64,000 nucleotides of DNA from an uncultured Chloroflexia bacterium (GTDB lineage Bacteria > Chloroflexota > Limnocylindria > Limnocylindrales > CSP1-4). A program made the position numbers and the translations under genes. The stretch's first letter is position 1, and each line of letters opens with the position of its first letter. The stretch lies in NCBI GenBank assembly GCA_963828165.1, contig CAWHDR010000005.1, forward strand, positions 210,550-274,549, written 5' to 3'. Positions 51,720 through 62,641 of this stretch are shown piece by piece. The notes under the pieces were generated by a model that saw only the letters and a list, made by a program, of their open reading frames with translations, was not told the origin of the DNA and ran no database searches.

Positions 51720-53094
51720 GTGACGCGATCGCCCGTCGCCGCCGCCTGGGACCTGATCCATCGGTTCGTGCCGCGTGGCGCCATCCTCCTCTCGTCGCTC
51801 ACGTTCATCGGGTACTTCCTCGGGCTGGTCCGCGAGCGGATCCTCAGCCAGTCGTTCGGGATCGGTGACGAGCTCGACGCGTTCAAGGCCGCGTTCCTGA
51901 TCCCGGAGCTGCTGTTCAGCGTCATCGTCGCCAGTGGGCTGGCGGCGCCCTTCATCCCGATCTTCACCGGCCTCAAGCGGGATGACGGGCGAGCCCGCGG
52001 CGCACGACTTCGGCAGATCGGTCCTGACCCTCGCGGTGCTCGTGATGGGGATCGTGTCCGTGATCCTGTTCATCGTGGCCCCGCTTACCGCGGACCTCGT
52101 GGTGCCCGGGTTCGACGCGGACAAGCGGGAGCTGTACATCGACCTGTTCCGGGTCATGTGCTTCACCCAGGTCCTGTTCGCAGGGTCGATGGCGCTCGGA
52201 GAGGTCCTGATCGCCGAGCGGCGGTTCTTCTTCTACGGGGCGGCGCCCCTCCTGTACAACCTGGGGATCGTCATCGGAACGGTGCTCCTGGTCGACGAGA
52301 TCGGCATCTTCGCGCCGGCGGTCGGCGCCGTCCTCGGAGCGTCGATGCACCTCGGCATCCGGCTCATCGGCGTCACCCGCACGACCTTCCGCCCGTGGCC
52401 GCGGCTGCACCTGCGGACGGCCGCGATCCGGGAATTCTTCCGGCTGCTGCTGCCGAAGGCCGCCGGAGGCCCGCTCGATCCCTTGATGTTCATCTTCTTC
52501 ACGAGCCTGGCGTCGACGATGGCGGCGGGGAGTGTCACCGTCGTCGATCAGGCCCGCAACTTCCAGAGTCTGCCGGTGAGCCTCATCGGCGTGACGTTCG
52601 CCTTGGCCGCGTTCCCGACGCTGGCGGTGCGGTACGCGGCGCATGACCGTCGAGGGTTCACGACGATCGCCGTCCGCAACGGCATCACGATCGGGCTCCT
52701 GACCATGGGAGCGGCGATCGGCCTGATCGTGCTGGGCCCCTTCGGCATCGAGGTCCTGCTCGGGGGTGGCGAATTCGGCGCCGACGACGTCGCGCGGCTT
52801 TCGCAGACGCTCGCGGTCTTCGCGCTGTCCGTGCCGTTCGAGAGCCTGGGGCACCTGTTGAGCCGGGCGATCTACGCGACGCACCACACCCTGTGGCAGG
52901 TGGGAGCCACCGTCGTCGGGTTCGCGGTCACGGTCACGACCGCGCTGATCCTGGCCCCGAGCCTGGGAGTCCTGGCGATCCCGCTGTCGTTCCTGCTGGG
53001 GAGCGCCGTGCGCTTCGTGCTGCTCGTCGCGGTCCTGGCGCGGCGGATCCGACGGATACCGTCCGCGCCCCTCGCGCCGGCCGACGTCGCCTAG
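51720..53094 (+). CDS. murJ: Lipid II flippase MurJ/MviN (apparent +1 frameshift near 51988)
   Basis: LGLVRE..FG..LDAFKAAFLIPEL, FIPIF, APLLYNLG and AAFPTLA motifs. Confidence 0.85.
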
Positions 53095-53103
53095 GCGGCG
53101 GCG

Positions 53104-54045
53104 CTAGACGGGGATCGTCGGGGCGACCGTGATGTATAGCCCGTCGCGATCGGGGTACGTGCCCTCGGGCCGCTTCCACTCCAGGAAGTTGCGCTTCATC
53201 TCGGCCGCATCCTGGAAGGTGCCCGGAGGATCGGACCGTCCCCAGATCGAGGAGATCCGCGGGTACCACGGGTCCAGGATGTAGGCGCCCTTCATCTCCG
53301 CGTCCTTGAAGATCGCGGGGTCGCCGTCGGCTTTGTAGCCGGTCATCACCCAGGTGTGCGCACCTCTCCAGGCGAGCAGGATGACCGGCGCGCCCGTCTC
53401 CTGGATCGCGACCGCCGCGTTGCGCAATGCGCCGCTGCGTGTCTCGAAGGCTCGGACCTCGTATCCGGGCGCGCCATAGGCCTTCAGCGCGAGGGCCATC
53501 GCCGCGGGACCCCAGTCCCCGTTGTGGCTATCGTCGTACGACTCCCAGCGGCGCACGCGCTCCGCGATCTCTCGCTGCTGCCCAACGTCCGTGTCCACGA
53601 GGCCAAGCACCGCAAGGACCATCTGGACCCCAGCAACGGCGCACCAGTCCTTGTGGTCCTGAGATGCAAAGACCGCCTTGGGGTTCTTGACGATGTCGAC
53701 GTCCATCGCGACCCGCTTCGGCTTGGGCGTCGGGGTCGGCGTGGGGTCGGGCGTCGGCGTCGGTGTCGCCCCCGGGGCAGGGGTGACGGGCACCGGCGTG
53801 ATCTCGGGCGTGGATGACGGGGTCTCGGGCGGGTCGGTGATGCGCACCGTGGCGACGGTGGGTCGGTCTGGAGGCGGACCCGCGAAGAACCGGTCGACCC
53901 GGCTCAGGACCGATTGCCAGCGCTCCCCTGCCCCGAAGGCATCGGTCGCGACAGCGAAGGTCCCGATGCTGCCACCCACGAGCGCCAGCACGACGACACC
54001 GACCACGAGGCGGCGCAGTCGCAGGCGGCGGCGAGCACGGGGCAT
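53104..54045 (-). CDS. Membrane-anchored C39-like cysteine peptidase domain protein
   Basis: N-terminal TM, PT linker, Q..WC, HTWVMTGY and ILDPW (Cys-His-Asp). Confidence 0.6.
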   Translation of the reverse strand: MPRARRRLRLRRLVVGVVVLALVGGSIGTFAVATDAFGAGERWQSVLSRVDRFFAGPPPDRPTVATVRITDPPETPSSTPEITPVPVTPAPGATPTPTPDPTPTPTPKPKRVAMDVDIVKNPKAVFASQDHKDWCAVAGVQMVLAVLGLVDTDVGQQREIAERVRRWESYDDSHNGDWGPAAMALALKAYGAPGYEVRAFETRSGALRNAAVAIQETGAPVILLAWRGAHTWVMTGYKADGDPAIFKDAEMKGAYILDPWYPRISSIWGRSDPPGTFQDAAEMKRNFLEWKRPEGTYPDRDGLYITVAPTIPV

Positions 54046-54263
54046 GGGTCGGGTCACGGTACGATCACTCCGGAAGGGGCACGGTTCTTGACGCTCGGCG
54101 ATGTCGCGATGCGACGCCGCGACTGGGGCAAGTGTCGGCCAGACGCACGAAACCTGCTCCGCGCCGGACCGCGCCGTTCGTGGCACCATCACGGTCAGGC
54201 CCTCCGCACCGCCACGCCCCCCGCCCGTGGCCGATGATCGCCCGCCCAGCCAAGGAGCGTCCC

Positions 54264-55454
54264 GTGGACCGTTTCGAGCCCAACCTCCGCATCCCGGGCC
54301 CCACTGCCCTTCCGCCCACGGTGCGCGAGGCGGGCGCTCGCCAGATGATCAACCACCGAGGCCCCGAGTTCGCGGCGATGCTCGCCCGCATCCTCGAGGG
54401 AATGAAGCCGTACTTCGGCACGACTTCCGATGTCGCGATGATCTCGTCGGCGGGCTCGGGCGGGCTCGAGGCCGCGATCGTCAACACGCTGTCGCCGGGC
54501 GACCGGGTCCTGGGCGTGAGCATCGGCTCATTCGGCGACCGGTTCGCCAAGATCGCCACGGTGTACGGCGCCGACGTCACCCGGCTTGATGCCGAATGGG
54601 GTTATGCGGCCGCAGCAGACGAGGTGCGCGAGCGACTGCGCTCGATGCCCGAGGTCAAGGCCGTGCTGCTCACCCACAACGAGACGTCGACCGGGGTCAT
54701 GAACCCCATCGCGGAGCTGGCAGCCGCCGTCCGCGAAGAGACGCCGGACGCCCTGATCCTGGTCGACAGCGTGTCCGGCCTCGGCGCCGTCCCCTTCCGG
54801 ATGGACGACTGGGGCGTCGACCTCGTCGTCACCGGTTCGCAGAAGGCGTGGATGGCCGCGCCGGGTCTGGCCATGATCGCCGCCTCCGCGCGCGGCTGGG
54901 CGGCGATGGAAACGGCTCGCATGCCGCGCTTCTATCTCGACCTGCGCTCGCATCGCGACGCGGCCACGAATGGGCAGACGCCGTTCACCCCGGCGATCGC
55001 CGTCGTCTACCAGGTCGACGAGGGGCTGCGGTTGATGGCCGAGGAGGGTGCCGAGAACATCTTCGCGCGCCATGAGGCATGCGCCGCGGCCGCTCGTGCC
55101 GGTCTCGTGGCCCTCGGTTTCGAGCTGTTCGCTGACCAGCGCCACGCATCGCGCACCGTGACCGCGGCGAACGTCCCCGACGACCTCGACTGGAAGGCGT
55201 TCAACGCCGAGATCAAGCGTCGTGGCGTGGTCCTCGCCGGTGGTCAGGGCAAGCTGACGGGCAAGATCTTCCGCCTGGGCCACCTCGGGTCCGTCACGCT
55301 CGAGGAGATCCTCGGGGCGCTCAGCACGCTCGAGATGGCGGCACTGGCCAGCGGCCGGACGGTCAGCCCCGGTGCGGCCGTCGCGGCCGCGCAGGTCGCC
55401 GCGCTGGAATCGTACGGGATCGTCGCGGGAACGGCCGCCGCGGCCGGCGCATGA
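54264..55454 (+). CDS. Class V aminotransferase (serine-pyruvate/alanine-glyoxylate type; probable phosphoserine aminotransferase)
   Basis: IPGPT, HNETSTG, VDSVS, GSQK and FRLGHLG motifs; coupled to serA. Confidence 0.9.
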   Translation: MDRFEPNLRIPGPTALPPTVREAGARQMINHRGPEFAAMLARILEGMKPYFGTTSDVAMISSAGSGGLEAAIVNTLSPGDRVLGVSIGSFGDRFAKIATVYGADVTRLDAEWGYAAAADEVRERLRSMPEVKAVLLTHNETSTGVMNPIAELAAAVREETPDALILVDSVSGLGAVPFRMDDWGVDLVVTGSQKAWMAAPGLAMIAASARGWAAMETARMPRFYLDLRSHRDAATNGQTPFTPAIAVVYQVDEGLRLMAEEGAENIFARHEACAAAARAGLVALGFELFADQRHASRTVTAANVPDDLDWKAFNAEIKRRGVVLAGGQGKLTGKIFRLGHLGSVTLEEILGALSTLEMAALASGRTVSPGAAVAAAQVAALESYGIVAGTAAAAGA

Positions 55455-57034
55455 GGGTCCTCGTCGCCGAGGAGATCGCGCGCGAGGGCATCGAGATCCT
55501 CGCTGCGACCCACGAGGTCGACGAGCGGCTGGGCTGCACGCGCGAGGAGCTCGCCGGGCTCCTCCCCGACTATGACGCGCTGATCGTGCGCAGCCAGGTC
55601 CAGGTGGACGCCGAGCTCATCGCCGCGGGCTCGCGGCTGGTCGTCATCGGTCGCGCGGGGGTCGGGGTGGACAACGTCGACCTCGACGCAGCCACCCGCG
55701 CCGGCATCACGGTCGTCAATGCGCCGACCGGGAACACCATCGCCGCGGCCGAGCACACGCTCGCCCTGCTCTACGGCGTCGCCCGCCGAACGGCGGCCGC
55801 CGATGCCTCGGTCCGTCGGGGCGAGTGGAAACGCTCGCAGTTCACCGGGCTGGAGCTCCGCGGCCGGACGCTCGGGATCGTCGGCCTGGGCAAGATCGGC
55901 CTGGCCATCGCCGACCGCGCCAGGGCCATGGAGATGGTCGTCCTGGGTGTCGATCCATACGTCACGCCCGAGCAGGCGGCCAACCATGGCGTCGACCTCA
56001 TCGACTTCGACACCATGCTGGCGCGCGCGGACGTCGTCACGATCCACGTGCCGCTGACCCGCGCGACGAAGGGCCTGATCGGACGGGCGGCGATCGCCAA
56101 GCTCAGGCCCGGTGCGATCGTGCTCAACGTCGCCCGCGGCGGCATCGTCGACGAGGCGGCGGTCGCGGAGGCGCTCGAGTCCGGTCACCTCGCCGGCGCC
56201 GGCATCGACGTCTTCGACGAGGAGCCACCGACCGGATCACCCCTGCTCGGCGCCCCGAACACGCTGCTGACGCCGCACCTTGGCGCCTCCACGGCCGAGG
56301 CCCAGGTCCTGGTCGCCGAGGAAGTGGCGGGTCAGGTGCTCGAGGTGCTCGACGGAAGGAGCGCCCGCTACGCGGTCAACGCGCCGCTGCTCACGCCCGA
56401 GACGGCCCGCGCGATCGGCCCGTATCTCCCGCTCGCAGAGATCCTCGGGCAATTCTTCGCCCAGTTCTCGCGTGGCGGCGTGAAGACGCTGACGCTCGAG
56501 ATCGCCGGCGAGCTCGCCGAGCACGACGGCACGCCACTCACCGCCGCGGTCCTGCGCGGGCTGCTCGAGACCGTCACGACCGAGCGGGTCAACCTCGTCA
56601 ACGCCGGAGCGCTTGCGCGGGCCCGCGGGATCACGCTGGTCGAGCGCAAGACCTCGGATGCGGGCGCGTTCGCGTCCCAGCTGGCGGTCTGGAGCGAGGG
56701 CCGCAGCGGTCCGGTCAAGGTGGCCGGCACCGTGGCCGGGGGTGAGCCCCGCATCACGGGCCTCGGCGAGTACCGCCTGGACATGGAGCCGGCCGACGTG
56801 ATGCTCATCACCCGCCACACGGACAAGCCGGGGATGGTCGGGCGCATCGGCGCGATGCTCGGCGAGGCCGACGTGAACATCAGCGCGATGCACCTTGCCC
56901 GGGTTCGGCCTCGTGAGGATGCCCTGATGATCCTGGCCCTCGACGATGACGTGCCCAAGGCCGTCGAGGACGCGATCCGGGCCCAGGATGCCGTGCTCGA
57001 GCTGTGGGCCATCCGGTTGGGTCGCGAACACTGA
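55451..57034 (+). CDS. serA: D-3-phosphoglycerate dehydrogenase (with ASB and ACT domains)
   Basis: GRAGVGVDNVD, TPHLGASTAEAQ and DKPGMVG ACT motifs. Confidence 0.96.
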   Translation: MRVLVAEEIAREGIEILAATHEVDERLGCTREELAGLLPDYDALIVRSQVQVDAELIAAGSRLVVIGRAGVGVDNVDLDAATRAGITVVNAPTGNTIAAAEHTLALLYGVARRTAAADASVRRGEWKRSQFTGLELRGRTLGIVGLGKIGLAIADRARAMEMVVLGVDPYVTPEQAANHGVDLIDFDTMLARADVVTIHVPLTRATKGLIGRAAIAKLRPGAIVLNVARGGIVDEAAVAEALESGHLAGAGIDVFDEEPPTGSPLLGAPNTLLTPHLGASTAEAQVLVAEEVAGQVLEVLDGRSARYAVNAPLLTPETARAIGPYLPLAEILGQFFAQFSRGGVKTLTLEIAGELAEHDGTPLTAAVLRGLLETVTTERVNLVNAGALARARGITLVERKTSDAGAFASQLAVWSEGRSGPVKVAGTVAGGEPRITGLGEYRLDMEPADVMLITRHTDKPGMVGRIGAMLGEADVNISAMHLARVRPREDALMILALDDDVPKAVEDAIRAQDAVLELWAIRLGREH

Positions 57035-57036
57035 AC

Positions 57037-57849
57037 GTGGGCGACGACACGGACGCACTCATCCCGGACGGCCTCGACGCGACCCTGGTCCTCGTCCGTC
57101 ATGGGGAGTCCGAGTTCATCGTGGAGGGCCGCTTCCAGGGCCAGGCGGAGACGCCACTGTCCCCGACCGGGCTGCGCCAGGCCGCCCTCGTCGCTGAACG
57201 CCTGGCGCATCCTCACGACGCGCCGGCCCTCCCGCTGCCGGAGGGTCCGCTGCGAGAGCTCGTCCACTCCCCGCTGCGGCGCACGGCCCAGACGGCCGAT
57301 GCCGTGGCCACCGCGATGAGCCCCGCGCCGGTCGCCCGGCCCGACCCCGGCTTCCTCGAGATCGGGCAGGGTGAGTGGGAGGGCCTCCACCGGGACGAGA
57401 TCGGCGCCCGCTACGGCGACACGCTGGCGGCCTGGCGTCGGACGCCGACGAAAGCGTGGGCACCCGGAGGAGAATCGTTGGCACAGGTCGCGGCGCGCGT
57501 CCGGCCGGCCCTCGCCGGGGTGCTTAGCGCGCTCGCCGAAGGCGGCACGCCCGGCACCCTCGATCGCAGCCAGGTGGCGGGCTACGGCGACGAGACGCCG
57601 GCCGACCTGCCCTGGTCGATCGTGGTCGCCCACGACGGGGTCTTCAAGATCAGCCTGTTGACGCTGTTCGACCTGCCGCTCGAGCGGTTCTGGATGTGGA
57701 CGATGGATCTCGCCGCGATCACCGTCGTCGAGTTTCGCGGCGGTCGGGCCGTCCTGCGTGCCCACAACCTGACCGGGCACCTCTCGGCGCTGCTCGACGA
57801 GGCGGCCCAGGAAGCCCAGGAGCGACGGAGCCGCAGCGGGGCGCTCTAG
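57037..57849 (+). CDS. Histidine phosphatase family protein (possible phosphoserine phosphatase)
   Basis: LVRHGES, SPLRRT, EIGQGEWEG and VAHDG motifs. Confidence 0.88.
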   Translation: MGDDTDALIPDGLDATLVLVRHGESEFIVEGRFQGQAETPLSPTGLRQAALVAERLAHPHDAPALPLPEGPLRELVHSPLRRTAQTADAVATAMSPAPVARPDPGFLEIGQGEWEGLHRDEIGARYGDTLAAWRRTPTKAWAPGGESLAQVAARVRPALAGVLSALAEGGTPGTLDRSQVAGYGDETPADLPWSIVVAHDGVFKISLLTLFDLPLERFWMWTMDLAAITVVEFRGGRAVLRAHNLTGHLSALLDEAAQEAQERRSRSGAL

Positions 57850-57892
57850 GGGCGACCTCCCAATGGCGGGTGGCCCGCGCGGGCGCCGGTGT

Positions 57893-60202
57893 TCAGCGAC
57901 TGCGCGAACGGCGAACGCGGCGGACGAACAGTCGGAGCAGGCCGATCCGCAGGCGTCGATGGGCCTCGCGCAGCGACCGCATCCGGTCGTCCGTGAGGAC
58001 CCGCGCGCCGTACGCCACCTCGACCTTGGCGTGAGCCACCGTCTCGAGCTCCGGCCTGACCGTAGGCACGAGGTCGCCGAGCGAACCCGCGTACTCGTAG
58101 ACCGTCTGGTTCGGCCGCGGCGCGTATCCCAGCCGCGACGCCAGGCGGGTCACCGCACCGTAGGTCCCGTCCGCCGACACCGGACCGCGCGGTCCCCGGC
58201 GCCATGCCACGGCGGCCACAGCCGCGATGCCCACGCCGAGCAGGATCGCCACGGCGATCAACGGCCCCGCCGCCCCCGGCGTCCTGGGTCCACCGGTGAA
58301 ACTGCCGCCGGGCGGCTGGTCGCGCGGCAGGGTCTCCTGGGGACGCACGAACCCGGGACTGCGCGAAGCACCCGGGCTCGCGCTCGCCTCGGGTCGTCCT
58401 GATGGCAGTGGAGCCAGCCGTGGGCCGGGACCACCCGTGGGGTCGAAGTCGACCCAGCCGTGACCGGGGAAGTAGACCTGGACCCAGGCGTGCGCGTCGC
58501 GGTTGCGCACGACCGAGGTCCCCGATCCGGGCTCACCATCGCCCGGCAGCATGCCCTGGACGTAGCGCGTCGGAACGCCCATCTCGCGCAGCAGCACGGC
58601 CATCGTCGAGGCGTAGTACTCGCAATAGCCGCGCTTGATGCGCGCAAAGCACTCGACGATCGAGATGTCTGAGCAGTCGTGGTCGCGGACATCGGTGTCG
58701 TATTCGAACCGTGCGGGATCGCGCAGGATGTCGCGGGTCGTCGCGGCGAGGTCGTACGGCGTCGCCTGAGCACCGGCCTCGGTCCGGATCTCGGCCAGCA
58801 AGGCACGCGACGCGTCCCCGAGCGCGTCGGCGGCGACGGTGTCGGGACCGTACAGGGCCAGGATCTCGGGCGGGTAGTCGGTGCCCGCGCCGCGCAGGCG
58901 GGAGGCGGTTGGTCCGCCGTCGGCCTCGGACGCCGGGACGAGTGCCGTGATGGTGTACGGAGCGTCGGACGCGTCGCGCCGGATCCCCTCGAAGTAGCCG
59001 CCCTCGCCGATGACCATGACGCCGGCGGCCTGGTCGACCGAGAAGGGCATGGTCGGTGTGAAGACCTCCGAGCGTGGGGATTCGAGGGTGATCGTCAACA
59101 CGACCGCGCGGCGACCGTCGAGGCTCACCTGGTCGGCGGTGTTGCCGAGGAGCTCCTCGCCGGGCCCACGCTGGATGAGCCCAGGCTCGGTTCGTCGCCA
59201 CCCCGTCTTGTCGAACGTGTGGTAGACCGCCGCCGCCAGGAACGGGATCTCGTCTTCGTCGGGAGAGATCTCGATCGTCAGGAACGGGCCGTCATTCGTC
59301 ACCCAGGACCCCGTGATGCGCGCGTTCGGCCCGAACGACGGCCCGATCGAGCGGCCGGAGCCGGACGACGGCAGGAACGGCTCGAGGGCGCGCGACCACT
59401 CGAGCAGTCGACCGCCCATGTCCGTCCATGCCCCCGCCAGCGGCGCTGACGCGGCGACATTGGTCAGGAGCAGCGATCCCACGACGGCCATCGCGATGAA
59501 GATGGAACCACCGCGGAGATAGAGCCCGGAGATCGCCGACGGGTCACCGATCCGGCGGCGCAGCCAATCGGACTGCTCGTCGAAAGTGTGGAAGCGCACC
59601 AGCAGGAAGAGCGCCGACACCGAGTACAGGACGACGAACACCATCTGGTCGCGTGTCGTGAGCAACATGTTCCCGAGCAATAGCAGTCCGATGGCGGCCA
59701 CCGCGTTGAGCGGCCGCCGATGGCCGAATGCGGCATAGCTAGCGAACTGCGATGACGCCCACACCAGCAGGCCCAGCACCAGCAGGTGGTGCCCGTACTG
59801 GAAGGTCGAAAGCTCGCGGTTGACGACGAGATCGATCCACGCGATGACGGTGCTGTCGGCCGTCGCCAGGAAAAGGACTCCGGGGCTCGCGCCGTCGGGG
59901 ATGAGGACCCAGCCGACCAGCAACGGGGTCAGGAGGCCGGCGAAGACGGCGCCGATGAGGTGGGTCGTCCAGCGGCCCCACCCCACGATCGGCCCGATGG
60001 CACCGATGGCGACACCGCCGAGGGCCGCCCAGAACAGGAAGTCCGTCGTGTCGCCGTCGCCGAGCACGAGGACGACGTCGTCCAGTGACCAGGCAAGGGA
60101 AAGACACATCGCCGCCACGAGCACCAGCGCAAGCCAACCCTGCGCGGGTGCGATCGCCAGCCGAGACCAGCGCCAGTCCGGCCGGTCGAATGCGAACTTC
60201 AT
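57893..60202 (-). CDS. Membrane transglutaminase-like protein (TgpA/DUF4129 type)
   Basis: Multi-TM N-terminus; GYCEYYA, HAWVQVY and FDPT catalytic triad. Confidence 0.9.
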   Translation of the reverse strand: MKFAFDRPDWRWSRLAIAPAQGWLALVLVAAMCLSLAWSLDDVVLVLGDGDTTDFLFWAALGGVAIGAIGPIVGWGRWTTHLIGAVFAGLLTPLLVGWVLIPDGASPGVLFLATADSTVIAWIDLVVNRELSTFQYGHHLLVLGLLVWASSQFASYAAFGHRRPLNAVAAIGLLLLGNMLLTTRDQMVFVVLYSVSALFLLVRFHTFDEQSDWLRRRIGDPSAISGLYLRGGSIFIAMAVVGSLLLTNVAASAPLAGAWTDMGGRLLEWSRALEPFLPSSGSGRSIGPSFGPNARITGSWVTNDGPFLTIEISPDEDEIPFLAAAVYHTFDKTGWRRTEPGLIQRGPGEELLGNTADQVSLDGRRAVVLTITLESPRSEVFTPTMPFSVDQAAGVMVIGEGGYFEGIRRDASDAPYTITALVPASEADGGPTASRLRGAGTDYPPEILALYGPDTVAADALGDASRALLAEIRTEAGAQATPYDLAATTRDILRDPARFEYDTDVRDHDCSDISIVECFARIKRGYCEYYASTMAVLLREMGVPTRYVQGMLPGDGEPGSGTSVVRNRDAHAWVQVYFPGHGWVDFDPTGGPGPRLAPLPSGRPEASASPGASRSPGFVRPQETLPRDQPPGGSFTGGPRTPGAAGPLIAVAILLGVGIAAVAAVAWRRGPRGPVSADGTYGAVTRLASRLGYAPRPNQTVYEYAGSLGDLVPTVRPELETVAHAKVEVAYGARVLTDDRMRSLREAHRRLRIGLLRLFVRRVRRSRSR

Positions 60203-61455
60203 CGTGCCAGCATCTCGCCCAGCTCTTGGCCGGGGACGATCGTGAACGCCGGCAGCTCGTACTCCGCGAGGGCGTGCCGCAACGCGCGGGTGCGCTTGGC
60301 GGCCGCCTCGACGGCCTCGGTATCGAAGATCGGCCGATCGCCGGAGAGCGCGGCTCGTGCTTCCACCTCGGCGCGGGCGTACGCCGTCGCATCGACGGTG
60401 ACGACCACACACGCGACACCGCGGGTGCGCAGGGCCGCCAGCGGGCGGACCCAGGACGGGTCGAGCGAGGCGGTGATGATGACGGCGGTCATCCCGCGCC
60501 GTAGCCGGCCGACCGACGCGATCAGGGTCTCGACGAGGGGCGACGCGGAATCGGCCTCGACCGCCGCGAGCAGCTGCATGACCTTCTGGTGCTGGCGTCC
60601 CCCGCGGTCCGCCGGCAGGTACGCGGTCCGGGCGGCATTCACGGTCATGCCGACAGCGCGGTTCTCCCCGAGGGCCTTGTCGGCGATGGACGCGGCCGCC
60701 CGGATGGCGGCTTCGGTCGTGGATTCGTCACCGTGCCCGGCCTGGATGCCGCGCTGGAGGTCCAGGATGATCCACGCGTCGGCGGTCTGCTCCAGGTCGA
60801 ACTCCTTGACCTGGATCTCGCCGTGTCGCGCGGTCGACTTCCAGTGGATGCGGTTCATGCTGTCACCCGGGGCGTATGGCCGGACGCTCGTGGCCAGCGG
60901 CGTGGTCTGGAGCGTCCGTTCCGGGGAGGCATGACTGCCCTCGAGGCTCGCTGCAGGGAGCTTCCACATCGGCAGCGGCTCGAGCCGGGGGTAGACCACC
61001 ACGCTGACGCCCTGCCCGACCGTGGCCGCGGCCTCGAAGAACCCGAACGGGTCGCCGGTCCGGATGTGCAACGGCTCGATGCGGAAATGCCCGCGCCGGG
61101 TAAGGGGGGTCCGGATGAGCCAGGATCGCTCGGCCATGGCTCCAAGCGTGATGGGACGGCCGGGGAGGCCACCGGGGAGTGTCGTCGGGTTATGGACCTC
61201 CAGCCACGGCTTCGGGATGCGGCTTCCGTTGCGCAGCGTGTAGGTCACGCGCATCCGGTCCCCGACGTGTCCGTGGAGCTGGCTGACGGCGTACCCGGCC
61301 TCGAGATCCGTGAGCCCAAGCCGAACGAGGACGTACGAGCCCCCGACGACGAAGATCCCGAGATAGAGCAGGTAGAAAAGGAAGAGCTGGCCGGTCGAGA
61401 ACGCCGCGACGACCAGCACCGTGACGAGGATCAGGGCCTGCAGCCGTCGAAACAT
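60199..61455 (-). CDS. DUF58 domain protein
   Basis: RRGHF, DPFG and RPYAPGDSMNRIHWKSTAR motifs. Confidence 0.92.
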   Translation of the reverse strand: MFRRLQALILVTVLVVAAFSTGQLFLFYLLYLGIFVVGGSYVLVRLGLTDLEAGYAVSQLHGHVGDRMRVTYTLRNGSRIPKPWLEVHNPTTLPGGLPGRPITLGAMAERSWLIRTPLTRRGHFRIEPLHIRTGDPFGFFEAAATVGQGVSVVVYPRLEPLPMWKLPAASLEGSHASPERTLQTTPLATSVRPYAPGDSMNRIHWKSTARHGEIQVKEFDLEQTADAWIILDLQRGIQAGHGDESTTEAAIRAAASIADKALGENRAVGMTVNAARTAYLPADRGGRQHQKVMQLLAAVEADSASPLVETLIASVGRLRRGMTAVIITASLDPSWVRPLAALRTRGVACVVVTVDATAYARAEVEARAALSGDRPIFDTEAVEAAAKRTRALRHALAEYELPAFTIVPGQELGEMLAR

Positions 61456-61493
61456 GGTGCCCGCCGGGTGCCGCTCGGGACGCCTGGGTGCCG

Positions 61494-62498
61494 CTACGCG
61501 CTCGGGGCGGTCTTGCCCGCCGCGGACGGCCGCAACTCGGTCGGGCCGCCGCCCATCGGGCGGATGCCGTCGATCGCCGTCGAGTCGAGGATCTCGCGCA
61601 CGACCTGACCCGCCTGGACGTCGTGGATCGACGAGCTCGTCTTGATGATCAGGCGGTGGGCGAGCGCGGGCTCGGCGAGGGCCTTGACGTCATCGGGGAT
61701 CACGTAGTCGCGACCCAGCAGTCCCGCCAGCGCCTGACCCGCTCGGTAGAGGGCGATCGAACCGCGCGGCGACGCCCCGAGGTAGACGTCGGGATGGTTC
61801 CGCGTGGCCCCGACGACCCGGACGATGTAGTCGGCCACGGTCGAATCGACATAGATCTCGCGAACGGCCTCCTGCATCGAGCGGAGGTCCTCGACGCCGA
61901 GGACTTCCTCGATGTCATCGAGGGGGTGGGTGCGCTTCTGCTCGTCGAGGATGACGATCTCCTCGATGGGCTGCGGATAGCCCAGCCGGATCCGCAACAT
62001 GAACCGGTCGAGCTGCGCCTCGGGGAGCGCGAACGTCCCCTCGTACTCGATCGGGTTCTGGGTCGCGATCACGAGGAACGGGTCGGGCATGGGATAGGTC
62101 GTGCCGTCGATCGTGGCCTGGCGCTCCTCCATGGATTCGAGGAGGGCGGACTGGGTCTTGGGGGTCGCACGATTGATCTCGTCGGCGAGCACGACCTGGC
62201 TGAAGATGGGCCCCGGTCGGAACTCGAATTCCTGGGACTTCTGGTTGTAGATCGAGAGACCGGACACGTCGGACGGGAGCAGGTCCGGCGTGAACTGGAT
62301 CCGGCGGAAGGAACAGCCCAGGCTCCGGGCGATCGCCTTGGCAAGGACCGTCTTGCCGGTGCCCGGCACGTCCTCGATGAGCAGGTGACCACGACACAGG
62401 AGCGCGACCAGGGCGAGCCGCACCTCGTGGTGCTTGCCGACGATCACACGTTCGACATTGGCGAGGACCTTGTCCCCGGTTTCCTGGATCTTCGTCAT
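61494..62498 (-). CDS. moxR: MoxR family AAA+ ATPase
   Basis: [36 protein letters not shown] and PEAQLDRF motifs. Confidence 0.95.
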   Translation of the reverse strand: MTKIQETGDKVLANVERVIVGKHHEVRLALVALLCRGHLLIEDVPGTGKTVLAKAIARSLGCSFRRIQFTPDLLPSDVSGLSIYNQKSQEFEFRPGPIFSQVVLADEINRATPKTQSALLESMEERQATIDGTTYPMPDPFLVIATQNPIEYEGTFALPEAQLDRFMLRIRLGYPQPIEEIVILDEQKRTHPLDDIEEVLGVEDLRSMQEAVREIYVDSTVADYIVRVVGATRNHPDVYLGASPRGSIALYRAGQALAGLLGRDYVIPDDVKALAEPALAHRLIIKTSSSIHDVQAGQVVREILDSTAIDGIRPMGGGPTELRPSAAGKTAPSA

Positions 62499-62641
62499 CG
62501 GCCTCTCTCGCGGGGGCGGCAATGATGTTGTGCCGCCGTTGCTCGGGCGTTCGGGGGTGCGACGTTCCACGCTCTGGGAAGGTGGTGTCGAGGGATAGTA
62601 CGTCGGACGCGTCAATCGGGTTCCCGGCGGCGTCCCTTGTT

